Assembly (NCBI GenBank): GCA_013378385.1
Contig: JACAFS010000016.1
Coordinates: 1 to 19,128, forward strand
Length of the DNA stretch: 19,128 nucleotides
Source: Nitrososphaerota archaeon
GTDB taxonomy: Archaea > Thermoproteota > Nitrososphaeria > Nitrososphaerales > UBA57
Reading direction: 5' to 3'
Part shown: piece after piece, positions 8,162 to 14,088 of the stretch
Position numbering within the stretch: position 1 is the stretch's first letter
Layout of the letters: every line of letters begins with the position of its first letter
The notes under the pieces: generated by a model
The model's database searches: none
What the model was told of the DNA's origin: nothing
The model's input: only the letters and a program-made list of their open reading frames with translations
Translations under genes and position numbers: made by a program

Positions 8162-8974
8162 GTGATAAAATTAGAGACTGCAAGTAGTAAACATCCACAT
8201 GTAAAGAAAGGAAGGGTTAGAGAGAATATAATCAACCAATTATCTCAGCAGCCATATTCATTGACGGACCTTTCTAGAATACTAAAGGTATCAAAACCAA
8301 CCATAAGTTATCATTTAACTAATTTAATCAAAGATAGCATAATTGAAATTTCTGGAACCAAGAGTGGAAGAGGAGGATTTAGATCAAAACTTTATGTGTT
8401 AAAACATAATTTAGACAGTACGCTCCCAAGTTCATCTTCGGATTCGCATTATCTAGATTTATTATCAGGAATATTTGAGAGTAATAAACTAGAATGGTCC
8501 GTAGAAAAAAATAATAAACTAGGTAAAGACATACAATTATTCCTATTTCATGTATTCAGGCTATTGAGAAATGTTACAAAGACAAGACATCATGACATAC
8601 TAAGAAATTATGGAAAGAGGGTAGGTAAAGAGGTAATTGCTAAAAAATTTAACAGTAATTTAAAAGATAATTTAAATGGATTATCGGAATTTTTTGAAGA
8701 AAATGAGATAGGAAATATTAAAACAATATTAAGTGTTGAAAAATATCATCCGCAATACAAGTTCCAATGTTTAGGGTGTTTTCAAGCAAGGGAAAATGGA
8801 GGTCCTGTTTGTAATTTTACAAAAGGGATGATTGAAGGATTTCTAGAATATAATTATGGCGATAGATATGAAATTGGAGAAAGGCAGAAAGATGGAACGT
8901 TATATGAATCATGTGTATTCCCCATGAGAAGAACAAAAAAACGCGGAAGGGCAGAAGCAATAAATATTGGATGA
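8162..8974 (+). CDS. Transcription regulator: ArsR-type winged HTH fused to a C-terminal V4R (4-vinyl-reductase-like small-molecule-binding) domain
   Basis: The HTH reads YSLTDLSRILKVSKPTISYHLTNLIKDSIIE. The C-terminus CLGCFQARENGGPVCNFTKGMIEGFLEYNYG...YESCVFPM fits the V4R cysteine/glycine pattern. The start is GTG, immediately after an in-frame TAG, and there is no nearby ATG. Confidence 0.65.
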   Translation: MIKLETASSKHPHVKKGRVRENIINQLSQQPYSLTDLSRILKVSKPTISYHLTNLIKDSIIEISGTKSGRGGFRSKLYVLKHNLDSTLPSSSSDSHYLDLLSGIFESNKLEWSVEKNNKLGKDIQLFLFHVFRLLRNVTKTRHHDILRNYGKRVGKEVIAKKFNSNLKDNLNGLSEFFEENEIGNIKTILSVEKYHPQYKFQCLGCFQARENGGPVCNFTKGMIEGFLEYNYGDRYEIGERQKDGTLYESCVFPMRRTKKRGRAEAINIG

Positions 8975-8975
8975 T

Positions 8976-9680
8976 TTATTCTTTTAAAACATAAACAGAA
9001 TGAATTGAATCAAACATGGACCAAAGTATATCCTCAGTAAACAATACAGAATCTACTGCTTTTAGTTGCATTTCATAAGAATCAGCATATTTCACAACAA
9101 TATTGAAAGCTATTTGGCTGTCTTTCCGAGCTTGGGCAGATAAGGACATAAAATAACCGAGTCCGTTAGGGTCGATAAAATCTCCATAATGTTTAGACAA
9201 GGCATAAACACGTTTATCGATTGCAGCTGACAAGAATAGTTGATTAAGGGAAGTTGAAATTCCCTCAAACCAAGAATGTGTCTTAACATAATTTAATAAT
9301 GAATCAGATGCAATACGTACACCTGGCAAATAATTATCTAAATATAATGATTTTTTATTCATACCTGTTGATTCGGCGAATTTAATCCATCCTTGTATAG
9401 CGCCTTCAGATTCTGAATAACCGTCGTATTCCAGTATTCGTGAAATCCAAAGCCTACGAACGTCAGATAAAGGGCAATTAGAAATCACAGCGCCGTCTTT
9501 CAATGGAATCATATTTTGATAATAGAACCAATTAGTGATCCAACCATGTATTTGAGTTTTGTTTAGTTTCCCTTCGTATAAGAGCGTGTTAAATGGATGC
9601 TTATCAGGATAGCGTTTTTTTGCTTCGCTTTTGATTAGTGCAAGAAACTTGTTTCGAGGCAATGGTTTCTTGTTTGACAT
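8976..9680 (-). CDS. pqqC: PqqC-family protein (pyrroloquinoline-quinone synthase-like, heme-oxygenase-like fold) with a divergent substrate pocket
   Basis: Full-length by-eye collinearity with bacterial PqqC: QIHGWITNWFYYQNMIPLKDGAVISNCP..VRRLWISRILEYDG; LPGVRIASDSLLNY; SLNQLF; EDILWSMFDSI. I prefer the ATG at 9680. The ORF-track start at 9713 is a TTG. Confidence 0.75.
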   Translation of the reverse strand: MSNKKPLPRNKFLALIKSEAKKRYPDKHPFNTLLYEGKLNKTQIHGWITNWFYYQNMIPLKDGAVISNCPLSDVRRLWISRILEYDGYSESEGAIQGWIKFAESTGMNKKSLYLDNYLPGVRIASDSLLNYVKTHSWFEGISTSLNQLFLSAAIDKRVYALSKHYGDFIDPNGLGYFMSLSAQARKDSQIAFNIVVKYADSYEMQLKAVDSVLFTEDILWSMFDSIHSVYVLKE

Positions 9681-9760
9681 AGAAAAAATATAGGTAGAAT
9701 CTAATAAAAACAATACGTAATCAATATATTGGTTTACACTCTATTTAGAATCAATATCAA

Positions 9761-10060
9761 ATGAAGAGATTTTACTTTGTTTTAGGAGTGGTACTTGTGA
9801 TACTTAGCTTAGTAGTATATCAGTCAGTAATGGAACAAGTTAGAGAGTTTGAAGAGTTGTTAAGAACAGTAGAAGAAGCAGGGGCCGATGCAAGGATAGG
9901 AATAGAACGAGCGGGATTGGACATTCAACAGGCGGAAAATATTAACGCTCGAATAAATACTACAATGCTTGTAAGTAGAGGATTAGGCGGATTGGGCGCA
10001 TTCCTGCTTTTTTATTCAACGTATGAAGAATTAATAAAATTAAAAAACAGATTCATTTAG
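9761..10060 (+). CDS. Small two-TM membrane protein, unknown family (paralogue A)
   Basis: 99 aa. It has an N-terminal TM (FYFVLGVVLVILSLVVYQS), a charged middle segment of about 45 aa, a C-terminal TM (GLGGLGAFLLFYSTY) and the tail EELIKLKNRFI. Confidence 0.55.
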   Translation: MKRFYFVLGVVLVILSLVVYQSVMEQVREFEELLRTVEEAGADARIGIERAGLDIQQAENINARINTTMLVSRGLGGLGAFLLFYSTYEELIKLKNRFI

Positions 10061-10114
10061 AGTTATCTGTGAAACTAAAATAGACTAATTAATTGTGAGG
10101 GCACGTAGTGATAC

Positions 10115-10459
10115 ATGAGAAGGAGAGATCTAATATTAGGAATAATCTTTCTTTCATTAGGTTTTTTGTTATATCAATCAGCATCGAATCAGAATAATGA
10201 GATTGAAGAGTTTATCATAATAGAATTGGATGCAGGAAATTTAATTAAACAAATGTATTGTGTAGTAATGATCGATAATCAATGTGAAGTTAGAGATGTG
10301 GAATATGGAGGAATATTGATAGATGATCTTGATGAAATGATCGATCGAATGGACAATACAAAAGCAATGAGCAGGGTATCTTTTGTTATAGGGATATTTT
10401 TGGCATTATTTTCGATCAAGAAAGAGTTACTAAAAGTTAAGAATTACTTGTGGGATTAG
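10115..10459 (+). CDS. Small two-TM membrane protein, unknown family (paralogue B)
   Basis: 114 aa with the same architecture as the upstream gene: LILGIIFLSLGFLLYQS, an acidic middle with 2 Cys, the TM VSFVIGIFLALFSI and the tail KKELLKVKNYLWD. Confidence 0.55.
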   Translation: MRRRDLILGIIFLSLGFLLYQSASNQNNEIEEFIIIELDAGNLIKQMYCVVMIDNQCEVRDVEYGGILIDDLDEMIDRMDNTKAMSRVSFVIGIFLALFSIKKELLKVKNYLWD

Positions 10460-10460
10460 A

Positions 10461-11468
10461 TTATTTTTTTAAGACTTTATCGACGTCGGTATTAAATGCC
10501 TCGTCGGTTGTAACATGATTTTTAAATAAATTTTGGAATAATTGTCTATCCTTATCAGTATTATTTATTACATCGAGTGATGGGAAAATTGAGTATTTTT
10601 CATTTGGCAATATATTGGAAATCGAGTATTTAGAATCGGATTCTATATAGGCTGGAACTCGGATGTAGTTATTGCCAATCATATTCTGGCCTTCTTTGGA
10701 GAGTATATAATCAATGAATAATTTAGCAGATTCTAGATTACTAGAAGTCTTTAGTATAGAGGCGACAGTAGCGGAGATGTATAAAGGAATATCTGAAAGA
10801 ATGAGTCTCTCAATAGGAAGGTTCTTGTCTTTTGCACGAAGATATTCATAAAACATAACTGTAAGACCGATATCGCTTTTTCCAAGACTGACACTGCCGA
10901 GAACGTGTCTGAATAATGGCCAAAGTTGTAAATTTTGATGTGAAAGTAGATTTATGAAGCGGCTCCAATCGATGCCAGTCAAATTACTACGAAGAGAAGA
11001 TATCCAATTACTTCCAAATGTTCCAAGAGTTATGTCATGTATAGATATACGGTTTTTCCATCGATTGTCAAGTAGATCTTTAGAGCTTGTAGGAACCTCG
11101 TCAACATCAATAAGTTCACGATTGTAGATTTGCATAGTAGGTAAGAGTACGACGGATGTCCAGAATCCTTCTGAATCTTTGAATGACTCGGGAATATTAC
11201 GTCTTTCGGGAGAGTTATAAACTTGAAATAAGTCTTGATTTTGCATCTGTAAATGTGGAGAAATTGCACTCAGAACTATATCTGCGGACGAACCGGTGTT
11301 TGATAAATCATGTGTAATTTGTGTAGACATGGGAGGAGGCGTTCCGTATACATATTTACGCAAGTATTCAATTTTGATGTTTGGATGAACTTTATTGAAA
11401 CCAATTATCCAAGAATCGAATTCCCAGGTTTCGATTGTGCCATAAATAATTAGTTTATTATTACTCAA
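10461..11468 (-). CDS. Fe3+-type SBP-fold protein without signal peptide; paralogue of the 7050..8096 product
   Basis: 335 aa. It aligns by eye with the other SBP: LIIYGTIETWEFDSWIIGFNKVHPNIKIEYLRK vs LVYGSVDAEDMQTTIDAFHEAYPDIKIDYVRG; FKDSEGFWTSVVLL vs LKDPDGYWQGVLLL; RWKNRISIHD vs KWNGKITMHD. The TTG start overlaps the upstream TGA (TTGA). An in-frame TAA two codons upstream rules out a longer N-terminus. Confidence 0.65.
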   Translation of the reverse strand: MSNNKLIIYGTIETWEFDSWIIGFNKVHPNIKIEYLRKYVYGTPPPMSTQITHDLSNTGSSADIVLSAISPHLQMQNQDLFQVYNSPERRNIPESFKDSEGFWTSVVLLPTMQIYNRELIDVDEVPTSSKDLLDNRWKNRISIHDITLGTFGSNWISSLRSNLTGIDWSRFINLLSHQNLQLWPLFRHVLGSVSLGKSDIGLTVMFYEYLRAKDKNLPIERLILSDIPLYISATVASILKTSSNLESAKLFIDYILSKEGQNMIGNNYIRVPAYIESDSKYSISNILPNEKYSIFPSLDVINNTDKDRQLFQNLFKNHVTTDEAFNTDVDKVLKK

Positions 11469-13255
11469 TTTTTAATCCTACGTCTAGTTACTATTGTAGC
11501 ATAGATTAGAGATACAAGAGTGATTGCAAATAATAGATAATCGTAAGATGATTCAGAAGATTCATCAACTGACATAGAGACAAGGATGCCAGGATTATTG
11601 CCAGTTAATGTGCCGCCTCCCATTGGAAACACAACCATCATTGAGCCTTTTGCATCAGCGCCAATAGAAGGACCCGCAGAACCCATTGAATTGAAAGGTA
11701 TGGAATTAAGGATTGTTCCATCTTCTATGTCGATAGCATAGAATATCCCACTGCGATCTATTGAATACAATACATCGGCACTTACAATTAGAGAAGCGCT
11801 TTGTATTCGATCGGGGATAGTTATTTGCCATTTTAATTCAGAAGTAGATAAATCAATAGCGTATATAGAACCATTTGTTGGTCGATCTAGATCAAGACGG
11901 TATACATAGCCGTCAATAACTTCTCCCTTGTATTCTAACTGTCTTGTAAGAACAGTTCCACAGACATTCTGAGATGGGATATATGCAACGTTATCAGCAA
12001 CAGACATTCCAGCAAATACACCGCCTAATTGACTAGGGCAAAATATTTCGCCGACATACTTGGTTTGGGATGCATACATATCGGATTGATTTTCAGTGTT
12101 TTCGTTTGTTAGATTATAACTTTCTGGACCAAAATGTATAGGCTTGTGAATTAGATCTCCAGTGAGAGCATCTACTACATACAAATAATTACTTTTTGAA
12201 GCAGCAATGATTGCTTTACGGTCTACGTCATTTACAGAAATAGTCGTATAAACAACTTTCCAACCGGGATCATTATTATTGATATCATGAGTGCTCATCT
12301 GGTAATACCATTTTAGAGTTCCAGAATTTATATCAAGTGCAACAATAGAGCTTGAGAACAGATTAGGGCCAGGACGGAGAGCTGCGTCAAATTGATTTGC
12401 AGGTTCGCCTGTCAAAAGAAACAATGTTTCAGATTCTTCGTCAATTGCAACTAATCCCCAAGATGTACCTCCAGCAATATAATTAGTATAGCCCCAATCA
12501 TTTTCAAATGGTAGAATATTACCCAATTTTGCTTCGTCGTATCCCCAGTTTAATTCACCACCTGCAGGTGGGGAAGAAAACCACTGCCAAACTAACTCTT
12601 TAGTTTCTAGATCATAGGCAGACACATATCCACGTCCGCCGAATGCATTTCCCTGTGCCCTAGTTATTAGAAGATTATTATAAAAAGTAGGTGCAAATGG
12701 AGAGAAATATTCGCCGTTATTTCCAGGGATATTAGAACACGTTTCGGGTAATTCGAATACTACATCACCGGTTATTAAATCGAGGCCGTAGATAGAACAT
12801 TCGCTAGTCTGAACATAAACAGCGTCTTCATGTATTGTAAGTGATCTCATAGCAAGTCGTTTTGCCCAAACTTCAGTATTCTTAAAATCATTAATATCAG
12901 GTTTAAAAGACCATAACGGACTACCATCCATAGCATCAATTGCATAGACTTCATTGTAACCAGTTGCGACATATACAATTCCTTGGTAAATCAATGGAGT
13001 AGTCTGAATTCCTTCGGGAGGAACTATATCATCGTCTAGAGGTTCTACACTATCGAATTGATAAATCCAATTAAGTTCTAAGTTTTTAACATTATCTTTT
13101 GAAATTACGGTTTGTGGGCTAAAACCTGTATTGTACTTATCAAATGCAGAATACTTCCAATCAAAGACACTTTCCGAACTCACAGTAGAGATATTACCGA
13201 CAAATAATAAGAATATTAAAAAAGTTAATAGCTTATACAATAGACTTCTAAACAT
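11465..13255 (-). CDS. PQQ-dependent dehydrogenase-like 8-bladed beta-propeller (quinoprotein family), secreted, with C-terminal TM tail anchor
   Basis: Family blocks: FSPQTVISKDNVKNLELNW; EGIQTTPLIYQGIVYVATGYNEVYAIDAMDGSPLW; GGRGYVSAYDLETKELVWQW; GGTSWGLVAIDEE..LFLLTG; IVALDINSGTLKWYYQMSTHD. The signal peptide is MFRSLLYKLLTFLIFLLFVGNISTVSS, from the ATG at 13255. A longer ORF starts at the ATG at 13300. The C-terminus is YLLFAITLVSLIYATIV-TRRRIKN. Confidence 0.75.
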   Translation of the reverse strand: MFRSLLYKLLTFLIFLLFVGNISTVSSESVFDWKYSAFDKYNTGFSPQTVISKDNVKNLELNWIYQFDSVEPLDDDIVPPEGIQTTPLIYQGIVYVATGYNEVYAIDAMDGSPLWSFKPDINDFKNTEVWAKRLAMRSLTIHEDAVYVQTSECSIYGLDLITGDVVFELPETCSNIPGNNGEYFSPFAPTFYNNLLITRAQGNAFGGRGYVSAYDLETKELVWQWFSSPPAGGELNWGYDEAKLGNILPFENDWGYTNYIAGGTSWGLVAIDEESETLFLLTGEPANQFDAALRPGPNLFSSSIVALDINSGTLKWYYQMSTHDINNNDPGWKVVYTTISVNDVDRKAIIAASKSNYLYVVDALTGDLIHKPIHFGPESYNLTNENTENQSDMYASQTKYVGEIFCPSQLGGVFAGMSVADNVAYIPSQNVCGTVLTRQLEYKGEVIDGYVYRLDLDRPTNGSIYAIDLSTSELKWQITIPDRIQSASLIVSADVLYSIDRSGIFYAIDIEDGTILNSIPFNSMGSAGPSIGADAKGSMMVVFPMGGGTLTGNNPGILVSMSVDESSESSYDYLLFAITLVSLIYATIVTRRRIKN

Positions 13256-13361
13256 AGAATAGAGCAATAAAGCTTCACAATAATGAGAAAAATAATTCAT
13301 TTTTGGGTAACTAAAGCAATTTTTCTAAAGAAAGTGTGTATTGGAAGTAAAATTAGATTTA

Positions 13362-14087
13362 ATGAACAAGATTAATTGTGGAGATACCCTAGATTTAATG
13401 AAGAATATAGAGTCAAATTCGGTACATCTAGCAATAACGTCGCCGCCGTACAATGTAGGAAAAGACTACGACAGTCACAATGATTTAATGGAATATGATG
13501 AATATTTGAACTGGTTAACAAAAGTTTGGATTGAGACAAAGAGAGTATTAATAGATGGAGGAAGATTTGCATTAAATGTAGGTCCTACAGGAATAAGAGA
13601 TTTCAGGCCTTTGCATCATGACTTGTCAAACAGATTAAGAGAAATCGGAATGATATTCAGAACAGAAATTTTATGGTATAAACAAACAATGTTGAAAAGA
13701 ACGGCATGGGGAAGTTGGAAGAGTCCAAGTAACCCGCATATAATTCCATCATGGGAATATGTATTAATTTTTAGCAATAATTCCATGAAATTAGAAGGAG
13801 ACAAAACAAAATCAGATATTACAAGAGATGAATTTCTCAATTTCTCCGATGGTCATTGGAACATATTACCTGTTACAAAAAATAGAAAAGGGCATCCTGC
13901 ACCATTTCCAGAAGAATTGATCTACAGATTAATAAAATATTATTCGTACGAAGATAATACGATATTAGATATGTTTGGAGGAACTGGTACTGTTGCTTCA
14001 GTTGCTACAAAAAATAACAGGAACTTTATACACATAGATATATCTGAAGAATATTGTGAAATTGCATCTAACCGAATAAAAAAATAG
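13362..14087 (+). CDS. DNA methyltransferase, beta-class N4-cytosine/N6-adenine family (PF01555-like), no adjacent endonuclease
   Basis: Motif IV (AITSPPYN) comes early. HPAPFPEELIYRLI and then motif I (LDMFGGTGTVASVA) come late, which is the beta-class order. I prefer the ATG at 13362. The ORF-track start at 13341 is a TTG. Confidence 0.8.
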   Translation: MNKINCGDTLDLMKNIESNSVHLAITSPPYNVGKDYDSHNDLMEYDEYLNWLTKVWIETKRVLIDGGRFALNVGPTGIRDFRPLHHDLSNRLREIGMIFRTEILWYKQTMLKRTAWGSWKSPSNPHIIPSWEYVLIFSNNSMKLEGDKTKSDITRDEFLNFSDGHWNILPVTKNRKGHPAPFPEELIYRLIKYYSYEDNTILDMFGGTGTVASVATKNNRNFIHIDISEEYCEIASNRIKK

Positions 14088-14088
14088 A

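Noticed and set aside
8975-10114. A PqqA-like precursor peptide gene (short ORF with E-x3-Y) next to the PqqC-like gene
   Set aside because: The flanking gaps are 1 nt, 47 nt and 54 nt, too small for even a 20-codon gene with a promoter. I saw no such ORF in the neighbouring frames.
11465-11560. The C-terminal helix of the propeller as an archaeosortase-type sorting signal (PGF-CTERM or PEFG-CTERM)
   Set aside because: There is a hydrophobic helix plus a basic tail, but no PGF/PEFG-like tripeptide before it (the sequence is SSYDYLLFAITL...). I treat it as a plain tail anchor.
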